A stretch of 63,648 bases of DNA, filler included, from Folioceros fuciformis (Eukaryota), in assembly GCA_049999805.1 (NCBI GenBank). It is 8 parts of 8 records of this genome, joined end to end, with 100 filler letters (N's around TTAATTAATTAA, not from the genome) between each part and the next. Parts side by side here need not be neighbours in the genome. Positions count along the whole stretch, not along the records: positions 1 to 18,497 come from JBNGIO010006438.1; 7 more parts are not named here. One strand, 5' to 3'. The notes under the pieces were generated by a model that searched no databases, had not been told where the DNA came from, and saw nothing but the letters and a program-made list of their open reading frames with translations. Below are positions 1 through 12,040 of the stretch, in pieces; position 1 is the first letter of the stretch, and each line of letters starts with the position of its first letter. The translations under genes and the position numbers were made by a program.

Positions 1-809
1 AATATGTCAGCCATTGCAATGGTGATAATATGTCAGCCATTGCACTCTTGACAAAATTGCAGTGATTTCTGAAGCCGTGCAACATCAATATGAGGCAATT
101 TTGAGGATTACAGCATTCTTGAGGATACCTTTACCAGGACATTTTGCAGTCGATCCAGTGGTATCAATTTATTTGCCCACGCTGACATCCACGCGCGAGC
201 ACACTGCATCAGAAGCACCGTGATCAATCAGCCTCACACGAGGCTCAGCGCTGTTGGAGCTGGGCATATTGCGCCACTCACGGCGCTGTCTCTCGCCAGC
301 TTCCAACAGGCCTGTTTTGCAGAGTTGATGGTTGGTGGTGAAGGCCACGTGTCAGCATTGCCGCTTGACTTTGGGGCACGTAGCCTGCATTCACAACTCG
401 TCAGATCTTTGTCGTTTCAGTTTTCGCAGCATGCATCGTTTTAGGTCACAGACATACCGTTTCGTCATGTTCAGTTGTCGTTTCACTTCTGATGACCTTA
501 CGACTCCTGCGGGCATGCTGTGTGTATGTCAGAGCTGCTAACTGACTTGTTGATGAATACAGTAGAGCTAAACCAAGAGGAAGCACGACAAGCCAGGACA
601 CTTACTCATCCTTGTCTTCTCATGCTCCTGCCGTAATTTAACTCTAGTATGATCAACGCGTCTGCCTAGTTTCTGTCTTATATGTCAGGTTTAGCCTGGC
701 TGTTTGAGGAGACAGACAGTGATCCAGAAACTGATTCAGACACCGAGTCTCAGTTCTTCCGGTCTCTCACTGCTCAGTTCCCTACGTTTACACCTCCATC
801 ATTGGTTCC

Positions 810-1013
810 TATTGAGTAATTAAATGATTATTAATTAGGTCATTGATATATACTTAATTAGATATGAAACGTTAGCCCTAGCTTGGCAGTTATTAGTTAC
901 GACCGTTCATAAGACTAGGACCCTTTTTTTTTTAACACCTTTGTAATATAGCACACACACAGTTTGATGCCGTAATGTCTTCGTCCTTGCGTGTAAATCC
1001 ATAAACCGTAACT
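810..1013 (+). repeat. 5' LTR of Copia element
   Basis: Direct repeat of 7057-7255; starts TATTGAG (TG mutated); followed by the PBS. Confidence 0.93.
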
Positions 1014-1095
1014 TGGTATCAGAGCAATCTCATTGCGATCCAATGCCTACAATCCTATATTGATTTGGCAAGCATTATCATCTCAATTTCCATTT

Positions 1096-1710
1096 ATGGC
1101 AAATGCTGGTCTTTATTTAAACAATTCTGGAATGTTAGGCTTGGCCCGATGCTGCGTAGGCACGATGCCTCGAAAAGATGCAGGCAGGAAGTTTCGGCCA
1201 GATGTTGCTGAGTGCAGCAGGTCAAGGCCGTTTTCAAACTCAGATGCGCAGCGGTTTGTAGAGAAGTTTGAGCATATCTATTTCAAGAAGTCTCTAAATC
1301 AACAACAAGAAGATGAGAGGACTAGGTTTCTGAATTCGTTTGTCAGACCCTTCAATCCCACTTTTTCTTCATTACATAATCGTGCGCAGTCTCATATCTA
1401 CAAGTCTACTGGGTCTTTCCAGTCCATCCTTGACTCTTCTGATTTGTGCAATGCCTGTAACCCTAATCTCATCACTGATGTCCTCAAAAATTGTCATTCT
1501 CTTTTAGACTCTATGCTTACATTGAAAACTTCAGTTCTTGTAATCTCAAGCCGTTTAGATGCAATTTCTTCGCACCTTGATACTCTAGAAAAAAGGCATG
1601 AGTCTTCATCAGTTTCTGCAGTAGGTGTAGAACTAGAAGTCAAGAGACACGTTCAGGAGATTAGTAAACTCAGGGCGGCCCTGTCTAACCTGAGTGTAGC
1701 TTCCACCTAG
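1096..1710 (+). CDS. Extra ORF of unknown function (204 aa, C-terminal coiled-coil-like) between PBS and gag
   Basis: Uninterrupted frame 1033-1710 with first ATG at 1096; ends 20 nt before the gag ATG; heptad-like tail ISSRLDAISSHLDTLEKR...VQEISKLRAALSNL. Confidence 0.55.
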   Translation: MANAGLYLNNSGMLGLARCCVGTMPRKDAGRKFRPDVAECSRSRPFSNSDAQRFVEKFEHIYFKKSLNQQQEDERTRFLNSFVRPFNPTFSSLHNRAQSHIYKSTGSFQSILDSSDLCNACNPNLITDVLKNCHSLLDSMLTLKTSVLVISSRLDAISSHLDTLEKRHESSSVSAVGVELEVKRHVQEISKLRAALSNLSVAST

Positions 1711-1730
1711 TTTTGTAGAGTTCAGGCATC

Positions 1731-4700
1731 ATGGGAACGCCTTCAGACTCTGTTTCTGACAGGCTGCAAGATAAAGATAGACTCACCCCGACCAACTATG
1801 ATGCCTGGTCCTTTAGGGTGAGGTGTATATTAGAAGAAAAGGTGTTAATGGATGTTACAGATGGGTCAATACCTCAGAGAACTGCTGGAGAGGATTCTGG
1901 CCAACTCACCCCAGGTGTAAATAAAAAGTTGTGGTCCATGAAAGAACAATTGGAGTGGGACCACAAGGATCGAAAGGATCGAAAGGCTCGAACAATTCTT
2001 GTGGGATCTGTATCACAAGAGATGATCCCACATATTAGATCAACAAGGCACGCACATGAAGTTTGGTCCCTGTTGTCAGATACCTATGAAGCAAAAGATG
2101 TAATCAATGAGGCTGCTGCTACTCGCCACTTTAACAATCTGAGGATGAAAGAAACCGATTCAGTTGAGAGTCATGTGGCCAGGTGGCGAGCTGCTCGTGC
2201 TAAGTTAGCCTCATGTGGGGTGATCTTCTCAGAAGGTAGAGCAGCTGTGTTGTTTCTCATGAGTCTCCCTCCTAGTTATGAGCAGTGGAGCTCCAGCATT
2301 CAAGCTACGGCTACAGTAACTCCAGCTACAGCCACCACACCTGCAGTCACTAATCTCACGGTACAAAAATTAGTTGGTGCTCTTCTACAAGCTGAAGCAA
2401 ATAGGAAGCACATGAGAGGTGGATCCAGTTCTGGAAATTCTCACAAACAGAGTGACATTGCACTCTTCTCCGGTAGAGGGAGAGGTCGTGGCAGGGGTCG
2501 AGGACGCGGAAGAGAAGGACGTGGTCGAGGTGGTCAGTCTTTCCATCAGCAGCCATCCAATTTTGGGAATGCTGCATCCGGTTCTCAAGGTGGGAAGAAT
2601 CCTGGACGGTGCAATTATTGTGACATTCCAGGTCATTGGATCAAGGACTATAGGAAAAGAAAAGCGGATGAAGCAGCTAAGGGAAAACATACTGAAGGGA
2701 ATGCAGCCAGAGCCTCCACACCGGGGCTACTGGTCGCTTGCCTTAATTCAGTATCTCGTGCAGCACCTCATCAGTGGTTTCTGGACAGCGGAGCTTCCAA
2801 CCATATGTGTGCTCAGAAGCAGCACTTTGTGACATATCAACTTGTACCTACATGTCATAAATCGTCAGTGTCTCTAAGAGACAACTCTGAAATTCCTATT
2901 AAAGGATTTGGAGCAGTAGAGGTGTACCTGAAGGGTGGAGGATCTTTACTTTTGAAGCAGGCATTACATGTGCTACAACTGGCTAAAAACTTGGTTAGCA
3001 CCATGGCACTTGGTAAGATAGGCTTGTATAGAATTACGTTTGAAGGAGTTGAGTGTGTGATCTCACGTCTTTCGGACTCAGCAGTGCTTGCACGAGGCAA
3101 GCCCCTTTATGACCTGTATCTCCTGGATTTTGTTCCTGACAAGTACCCTGCCAAATTACATGTAGCGGATGCCAAGTCAACGGTTAGTGATGCCTTTAAG
3201 TGGCATTGCAGACTTGGGCACCCGAACATCAGGGCAATGAGACGACTGCTTAAGGAGAAACTTGTTACTGGTTTCTCAGATCGTGACTTACCAGACTTAG
3301 AGCTCTGCGTTGCCTGCATTCATGGCAAGCAGTTTAAGTCACATTTCGGCAGTGGAAATCCACGGAAAGCTACTCAAATCCTGGACCTGGTTCGTACAGA
3401 TATATGTGGACCGATGTCAGTGACTTCTTGGGGAGGAGCTCGATATTTTGTTGTCTTTGAAGACGACAAATCCCATTTCACAGTTACAGAGCTCCTGCGA
3501 CAGAAAAGCAAAGTTTTTGATAGCTTTAAACGCTATCTGGCTTATGCAGAAAGGCAAACAAGTTATAAGCTTAAATGTATAAGGTCTGATAATGGAAAGG
3601 AATACATGTCCAATGAGTTCTAGGAATATTGTCAAGAGAGGGGGATTACAAGACAGTTGACCATACCTTACCACTCTGACATGAATGGACGTGCTGAGCG
3701 GAGGCGTCGCACCATACAGGATGCTGCAAGATCTTTACTTTACCAAGGACGGCTGCCAATTCGTTTCTGGGCGGAAGCTGTACAGGTAGCCACTTACTTG
3801 CAGAACAGGTCAGCAGTCTCCTCTCTCAAAGGCTGTACACCTTTTGAAGCCTGGACTGGCAGGAAACCTGATCTTTCACATCTAAGGGTGTTTGGCAGTA
3901 CAGCATATGCCCATATCCCTGATAAACTACGTAAGAAGTTCTCATTTAAGTCTAAGAAACATATTTTCATTGGTTATACTCCAGGGATACACGGATACAA
4001 GCTCCTCGAACCTGTCACTAGGAAAGTCATTCATGCACGTACCGTTGTCTTTGATGAGCGTGCAGTCTTTACAATTCCGTCACATTCCTTCTCAAATTTT
4101 CTGGATGATAAGAGTGTAGAACTTAAGCCCTTAGAGGGGGCAGGGGAGTATTTTACACCTGGAGAGGACACAACAGACTTTGTTAGTTTTCCTGAGTCTG
4201 ATCCCTCTGATTTTGGCATAGATCCTGCCACCATTCAGCGTGTTAATCCACCTGTACCTGCTGGTGATCCTCTTGGCCAACAGCCTGCTGATTTGGGTGA
4301 TAGTTCAGAAGTGGATGATCATCCTCATGGTGATAGTTCAGATGTGGATGACCATCCTGATGTTGATGATGAGCTTGATGAGTATGAAAATCAGCCTCCA
4401 TACGTTCTGTCAGATGCATCATGATGAACCTGCCCAAGCTGTCCCTGGTAACTGGTTTGATGATCCAGTCGAGTATGTGATGCCAGTGCCTCAGCCAGCA
4501 CCACCTCGTCGCTCTACACGACTGAGACGTCCACCTGAGGAGTGGCCGGAACCTCCTTTCAGAAGTGAAGACTTTCGGAAGGTACCTCGCCCTCATGGCT
4601 CAGAGGCTGATGAGGAAGTTGTCGACACAGCCCATCTGGTTATCAATCCTGGATATGAGCCTGCCACATACAAAGAAGCTATCACTGGACTGGATGCCAA

Positions 4701-6264
4701 GCACTGGAAAGCAGCCATTCAATCCGAATATGACTCTTTGATTCAGAATCAAACCTGGGAGCTATGCCCGTCGCCTGAGGGGAGGAAAATAGTAACCTCG
4801 AAATGGGTTTTCAAGCTTAAATACAAGGCAGACGGCAGCATAGCCAGATACAAAGCTCGGTTAGTAGCTCGAGGTTTTTCCCAGGTGCCAGGTTTAGACT
4901 ATCACGATACTTTCTCACCCGTAGTGAAGTCTCAGTCCATCTGTGTTCTCTTTGCTATGTCGGCCTTCTTTGGTCTGCACATCCACCAGATGGATGTAAA
5001 AACTGCCTTTTTACATGGCAAGTTAGAGGAAGAAATCTTTATGCAGCAACCAGAGGGGTATGAACTTACCGGCAAGGAGGAATGGGTGTGTAAGTTGCTG
5101 AAGACTATTTATGGCCTTAAGCAAAGTCCACGTACCTGGTATCAATGTATCAATGAGTTTCTATTAGGCCAAGGATTTCTACAAAGCTTAGCAGACACAA
5201 ATGTTTGTTTCCTACAAGACAACAAGGGTAGTTTCGTTATTCTAGCCCTCTATGTGGACGACTGTATTATTTTAGGTACTGACCTGAATGGGATTTCTCG
5301 TGTGAAGAGCTTGTTGTCAAGCTGTTTCGACATGGTTGATATTGGTGAGTTGTCTTACTGCCTTGGTACTCAACTTCAAAGAGACCCTGCCAGAGGAACC
5401 CTGTTAGTGCACCAGGAGAAATATATCTTCAATATGCTTTATAAATACAAGCTGACAGAAGCAAAGCCAGCCCTTACTCCTCTTGAGGCTGGATGTAAGC
5501 TATCTGTTACACAGTCCCCACAGACTGATGAGGACAAGGTAGAGATGGGTGCTGTTCCTTATGCTCAAGCTGTTGGATCATTACTCTTCTGCTCCAACCA
5601 CACTCATCCGGATGTGGCCCTTCCCGTTAGTATGGTTTCACAGTTCCTGAAAGAACCAGGAAGAGCACACTGGTCAGCAGTTAAGAGGATTCTACGGTAT
5701 CTGAAAGGGACAAGTGGACATGGCATTCATTATCTGAAGCGCGTAGGCGAAACAGAGGAACTTACCTTGCTAGGCTATTGTGACGTAGACTGGGCTGCAA
5801 ACCCAGACACCAGGAGATCTGTCTCCGCCTATTCTTTCCTTTTGGCAGGCGGTGCTATTACATGGTCATCTAAGAAACAAACAACAGTTTCCCTCTCGTC
5901 GACAGAAGCAGAATATTCAGCGTTAACACAAGCTTCAAAGGAAGCTATATGGCTAAGAAGACTGTTAGCCGATGTGGGACAACCACAAAAGCAACCTACA
6001 GTCATTTTCTGTGACAACCAGTCAGCGTTGGCCTTAGCACAGAACCCAGTCTTCCATGCCCGTACGAAACACATAGAGGTGCATCACCACTTTATCAGGC
6101 ATGCTGTTGAGACTGGAGAAGTAAAGCTGGAATATATACCCACAGAATTAAATGCAGCGGATCTTCTTACCAAGGCCTTACCCAGGCTCAAGCATCACCA
6201 GTTCAAGGAAGCTTTAGGAGTGATGGGGTCGCTTCACACAACAAATATGTCCAGCAGAGAGTAA
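1731..6264 (+). pseudogene. Copia gag-pol polyprotein, disrupted
   Basis: Motifs: gag NYDAWSFRV, knuckle CNYCDIPGHWIKDY (last Cys lost), protease WFLDSGASNHM, integrase WHCRLGH/TDICGP/SDNGKEY, RT QMDVKTAFL/LYVDD, RNaseH CDVDWA/CDNQSA/RTKHIEV. In-frame TAG at 3621-3623 and a frameshift near 4420. Confidence 0.95.
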
Positions 6265-7056
6265 GAGTTTCGTGTAGAGAAGCTGGTAGGTGGTGACAAA
6301 GTTCAACCTAACATTCTGCTCTACCTAGGTGTGTCTTCAGATTCATCCACATCATCCCACACTCCTCAGCCATACTCTCCCTGGATATTGGTCACCAAAT
6401 AACACATGTGTTAGCAACAAGGTCGAGTCACAACAACAGTGAGCGTATATCAGACATGTTGCAAACTTACAGTATTAGGACACTAAATTGTTGTCGTCTC
6501 CTCCCCATCTCCGCCAGTTCGGCTGAAACTTGGTCCCCTTGGACACAGGGCAGATGTATACTTCAGGGGTTTAGGGGTCGTTCGCCTCCATCAAGCACTT
6601 CTGCCAGTACTTGGCAGCCCCTCTGTCAGACATCTTGTGTGGAGTCTCCCTAGGGTGAACAGGGCACGTTGAAGCATCTGAAAGACACTTGCATAGCTGA
6701 TGCCGCAGGGTAGTAGTACCGGGAGATTCCCTGGAAACAGTCGAAGTTGATGCAGCTCTGATGTTGCTCGCTGTCTCCTGGAGCCTGGTCAAAACGGTGC
6801 TTGTTTCCTTCTGCAGCTCGCTAAGGTTCTTCTTAACAGGCTCAGCGTTTACACCCGACAACAGGTCGGTTGGCGCGGTTGGAACCAGCCATGTCGCAGC
6901 TTCGGCGAGCAGGACACGAGCAAGATTAGCGGCTGGAGCTCAGCTTACGAGCAGGCGTAAGACTGATGATACGAAGACCACGGAATGAAGTTACCCCGGC
7001 TTTATAATTCAGCTATTTCTTTTTGGGTATTTAGTCGTATATACAATGAGAGGGGG

Positions 7057-7255
7057 TGTTGAGTAATTAAATGATTATTAATTAGGTCATTGATATATAC
7101 TTAATTAGATATGAAACATTAACCCTAGCTTGGCAGTTATTAGTTACGAACGTTCATAAGACTAGGACCCTTTTTTAACACCTTTGTAATATAGCACACA
7201 CACAGTTTGATGCCGTAATGTCTTCGTCCTTGCGTGTAAATCCATAACCATGACT
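7057..7255 (+). repeat. 3' LTR of Copia element
   Basis: Starts TGTTGAG directly after the PPT; matches 810-1013. Confidence 0.93.
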
Positions 7256-8179
7256 AGGCCCTTTAGGTCATTTCTAGAACCATGGCTGCAAACCTGGCAG
7301 GTGGCTCGTGGGCTACATCATGCAGCCCGCTGCTGCAACGGCCAAAGGATCACGCGAGGTGATGGTCTCATCACACCGAGAGGGAGGTGCTAGCTCATGA
7401 TGGCGGCCAAGACCTCAAGACTAGCGATGGCAGCTGCAACAACCATCTGTTGAAGTCCGTGGAAAGGGAATGTTGCTGAATTTTTGATAGGAATGCAAGA
7501 TTTTGGTGTGCATGTGGCTCAGAATGATTGCAATGTGTGTGGGTGCTGCGGCAGGTCACGGATTTACCAACTCCAGGCAGCCCGTGGAGGGCAGCCCTTT
7601 TGATTCGTATTTGCACCGAAGTGCACCACAACACACGTGAGTGCTACTGGCATGTCTGTGTGGCATGGACAGAATTTCCTTTTTGCCATGTTTTCTTGTT
7701 GCAGCTGAAGGCCGGGCCGGACTAGAGCACGGGATGCACGTACCTTGTGTGCCCAATAGCCGGTGATGCATGCACGACAAAAGGATGTAATATGAGGTGA
7801 CATCTACCATTTTGTCTTCTTCGTTTGCGTATGTCTCGAGTGATATCGAAACATGCGACAAACAACCTCCAGGGTATGAATTCTAGAACACCAAAAAACA
7901 ATGAAGTGAGCATCATTTGATTTCATTTCAACCTCGTAGGCCATATAAACAACACCTCTAATCAACTTTGTACATGATGACTATCAACTTGCATGAAAGA
8001 ATAGCTTACTTTTAAATTAGATTTTACGATCGCTGAGTAGCGTAGGTTGGGTGTCGGACATCTTCCTCTTGGAGGAGAACGTTCTACAGCTTGGGATTTA
8101 GGCTTTTGATCACGTTTCTTCGAAGGGCTACGTTTTTTGGGGAGCTACGCTTTTCAAGGTTCTTCAGGGGCTATGAGTG

Positions 8180-8420
8180 GACTTGGAATCCTTGTTATCG
8201 ATATTGTTGTCCTTTGTATTCTTCTTACATGGGTTTTCTCGCCATCTTGTATGATATTAAGGCATAGAAAGCAAAGACCAAATATTGGGATGAAAGCAAG
8301 TGGGGCCAAATATTGGGATAAAAGCAAGTGAGACCGAAACCCTAGACCGAATACGGGGATGAAGCAAGTGAGACCAAATATTTAGATGAAAGCAAATCAC
8401 TTGCCTTCAAGCTATGACCC
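8180..8420 (-). repeat. Dispersed repeat containing 28-bp minisatellite units; inverted copy of 18243-18497
   Basis: GACTTGGAATCCTTGTTATCGATATTGTTGTCC...CCAAATATTGGGATGAAAGCAAG...AAGCTATG is the reverse complement of the 18243-18497 block. Confidence 0.85.
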
Positions 8421-8609
8421 TTAAGTCTTCTTTTCTTTTGAATGCTTGTGCAGCATCTAGTAGCTTCCTTTTATGAACATTCTTGGAACATGACCGTCTA
8501 TGTGAAAAGGGCTAGAATTATTTGTAATAGATTATAAAAGATTTCTATGAAAAATTAGGAGAGAGTATTTCATGTAAAAGAAGCCCCAATTCTATCCATT
8601 TTGAAAGAG

Positions 8610-9200
8610 GAAAGGAGGAGCCGAGGGCCAAATGTTAGGAGGGGAAAGTAGAGGCCCAAGATATAGACGAGGTTAAGGATCCTAAGCTCATTAGAGGGCA
8701 AAATGGAGACCTAAGTAAAAGATCCTGATACTATTGGGAGGGGAAAGTAGAGGCCTAAGATTAGACATAGTAAAGGATCATAAGCCCCTAAGATTAGAAA
8801 TATTAGAATTAGTGAAAGATTTCCTAACCCTTTAAGATTAAAGAATTCCTTAAGCCTTTAAGTTTAATGACCCCTCTAAGCGTTTAAGACTAAAATATTC
8901 CCTAAACCTTTAAGTTCCCTAAGCTTCTAAGATTCAAGAATCTCCTAACCCTTTAAGTCCCCTCAGCCTTGAAGACTAGAGAATCCCCTAAGCCTTTGAG
9001 ACTAGAGATTATGAAGATCCCCTAAGCCTCCATGATTTGAGAAAGTGAAGAATGCTCTAAGCCTTTAAGTTTAGAGATAATGAAGGGAAGGATCTCGAAG
9101 TACTTAGAATTAGGGATTGTGAAGAATCTTGAAAGCAGTCACGTTCTCTAAGATGTCATGATTAGAGACCCATAGCATTTAAGATATCGTAATTAGATTA
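8610..9200. repeat. Degenerate AT-rich tandem repeat region (CCCCTAAGCCTTTAAGA-like motifs)
   Basis: Many variants of CCTAAGCCTTTAAG/CCTAACCCTTTAAG; GAGGGGAAAGTAGAGGCC occurs twice. Confidence 0.55.
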
Positions 9201-10717
9201 GAGACAGGGAAGAGCCTACTTGAAGTTGGAAACTATGATGTCATTACACCTTCATTTGCAATAAGCACTTCTCTCTTAGAAAAGCAATACGCCTACGTAT
9301 AGAACATCCTCTTCATGGACTCATCCATCCTTATTCCCTTTTATACATGCATTTATTCAAGTTTAGGAAAGGGAGTAGGATCTTGCTTTCTAGTTCGGCT
9401 CTTCTTTCAAGTGTTCCAAATCATACCAGCATCTTTTGCCATTGTAATAAGAGTGTGAGTGCATCATTATCAACCGTCTGGGTTGGGCAACTAAGAGATG
9501 TGCAACAAGCAAAGTCCATAAATACACTCCTACGTCAAACTATCACGTTTTTTTAGAACATTCACGGTTTTATCCTCCTTGTTGTTGTGGCCCATTCCTT
9601 ACTCTTATGCCTATGGGGCCGTATATATCACATGGCTTTCTCCCCTTTTCTTTGGTTATGGTCTTAGGCATGACTTAGAAAGTCTGTTGGAGTTTTGCAT
9701 CTGTGTGAATTTGTTGTGCAGATCGTCACTACATAAGCTGTTTACTCATGACAGATATGTTTGCGAAAGGGTAAATCCCTTGCGTTTTGACCAAAGAGAT
9801 AGTTGACGAGTGAAAAGTTCTCAGTCCGTGTTTTGGTAGTTAACTTTGTGAATGGTTGATAATGGTTCGAGAATGACCGTCGAGGTGGTTGGTAACGAAA
9901 TGGTGTGGGTATATTGTGATTTGGAGGGAATGATCAGACAATCTTTTGATAGTTCGCTTAGAAAGCTTGATGGAAAAGGAATGCACTAAGTGCTTCAATG
10001 TGCGATTGCAACTGAGAAGCTTGTAGCGAACTGAACAATTGAATCAAAGTTTACGTGTTACAAATTAGTAACTGTACATGTCATTGCATTGAAAAACGCT
10101 ACGATGGCGTGACACGGAGCATCGTTGCATTGACATCTTAAAACTTGTCACTATCAAAAGAATGTCTTGATCTCCTTGGAGAATGGCACTTGTTAGTACA
10201 ATCTTCAGCAGATGCATGTACAAAGCCAATGCTAAAAGCGAGTTAGAGTGTTAAGTTGCATGTGAACCAAATGAGCACAATTGTTATCATGTTCCAAAAA
10301 AGGAAAGTTTTTGTTAGATTAGAGGAGTGAAAGTTTGTAGCATCAACATCCAAGGACAAATGTTAAGCGGTTTGTTAGTTTGAGGAAGGATATAAAGAGG
10401 GAAAATGGTGAGGGTTTTAACTGAGAAATTTTGAAGTTGCACAATAGTTAAGAGATGAAGTGAATGTGCAGAACCGAGCAAGGTTCAGTCATGCAATAGA
10501 TGAATTGAAGTGAGAGAAGTAGCCAAGGTCTTAAAGTATGGAGAACCTATGGCAAAGAGAGTGTAAGGAATTGAATAACGGAGTTTTTAAAATTTTGGAA
10601 ATTTGTCGTTTTGAAGTTTAGCATCCATGGAGCGTCGTATGGTGACCGGCTTTATAGTGGCAAGGGTAACGTTTGAGAGAACTTTGGCAAGAACGCAGTG
10701 TTAAGAGTTCGGCGGAC

Positions 10718-11391
10718 ATGGCGGGCAAGAAGAAGGAGCGGGCTGCGGTGAAGGGAGCTTCTAAGGCACGGGCGAGGGGATTGATTAAAGACGGCATTCG
10801 AAAGCCAGCGATGCAAAGGCTTACCAAGGCTCAGTTGTTGCAACAACTTCAGGAGCAAGCGGAGGAGCTGGAGAGGTTGAAAGGCGGTCTCAGCCCCTAG
10901 TTAGAGCAACTGCGAGATGCTGCGACCAATGTTTGCAGGTCGCCTGTGTTGCCTCCACCACCAGGTAGTGAGTTGCTGCCGGCGGGTAGCATAGCAGGTC
11001 AGAAAGAGAGCAGAGGAGATGGGAGGGCGGTTGCGCCGGAAGTTGGAGTGAAAGAGGTGTGGGGAGTCAAAGAGGTGAACGTAGTGGCAGGAGGCATGAC
11101 GGAAATTGAGGAGGGCATTGAGAGTGGGAGAGCGGGTTCGTCGCCAGGTAGAGCTTCAACGGAGGGCCAAGAAAAGGAGGAAGGAAGGGCGGTGTTAGGA
11201 GAAGACAGGGTGGACGAGAGGGAAGGCGAGAAAGAAAAGGAGAGTGACGCGCGCGCTGGAGGGGAGTGACAATTGTTTGTGGTTTTGGGCATAGGAGAGG
11301 GTTTGCTATCGACAAATGAGTCGGAGGAAGCGGCCGTGTTTGTGCCCAGGCCTAGGCACGGGCGGTTATTTGTGTTCAATTCTTCTTCATA
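10718..11391 (+). pseudogene. Decayed ORF: basic histone-H4-like N-terminus, coiled coil and acidic low-complexity tail; probably TE-derived
   Basis: ORFs 10673-10900 and 10946-11269 share one frame, broken by TAG at 10898 and TGA at 11267. TATA-like TTTATAG at ~10651 and ATG at 10718. Contains GIRKPAMQRL. Confidence 0.45.
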
Positions 11392-12040
11392 GGAGGAAAA
11401 CAGTTCCGAGGAGAAACCACGCAGCGAACCAAGACATAGGTATGGATGAGTATGAAAGAAGGGCTCTTAGTGCTTGGCCATATTGCTTTTCTAGGAGGCT
11501 TTTCAACCCTAAGGCAAAAAATACTTTATGAGAATGCCTTGAAATGTGCTATATTAAAGAGAGCACGTCCCATGTATCCCATTCTTAGTGCCACCATTGA
11601 GCCCATAACTCATAAAAGCCATACATGGAGAACCATGAAAGAAGCATCAACAACCGGCACGCTTTGGAGGCTGTATGATGTTGATATTATAGTAGAACTG
11701 AGATAAAGAATTGTAAAAAAAACTCCTTGCACGGTGATATAATATTAGAAAAGAAAAACTCCTCATGCAATGTCACAGGATAGTGGCACTAGATCGAGAA
11801 TCACAGGAAGGAAAAACAAATGGATGAAGCCAACCAGCAATCAGTAAATGGCAGCCCGCTTTGCTAGACTTGTATGGAATGTGCAGTCACGTTTCCGGTG
11901 TTATAGCATTCGCTTTGGTGCTCATATAGCAAGCGGCTGCCATCAGTTTAGATGGTCCTGTGAGGCTCTGAGACTCATGCGACGCGATGCCGTAGTGGCC
12001 CGCCTGTAGACGCCTGGAATCGGCAGAGACTGGGAGGGCG

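Larger units (their letters stand above)
810..7255 (+). mobile_element. Full-length but defective Ty1/Copia LTR retrotransposon
   Basis: LTRs of ~200 bp at 810-1013 and 7057-7255 differ by about 6 substitutions and 2 indels. PBS TGGTATCAGAGC (tRNA-iMet) is at 1014-1025 and PPT GAGAGGGGG at 7048-7056. Domain order is gag-PR-INT-RT-RH. No clean TSD was found. Confidence 0.95.

Noticed and set aside
1-44. AATATGTCAGCCATTGCA repeated at 26-bp period (similar small duplication at 43427-43510)
   Set aside because: Ordinary short tandem duplications with no further structure visible
682-809. Short acidic ORF (MSGLAWLFEETDSDPETD...) apparently interrupted by the Copia and continuing at ~7260
   Set aside because: The TSD is not clean, so the joining frame is ambiguous; the product would be under 90 aa with no recognisable motif
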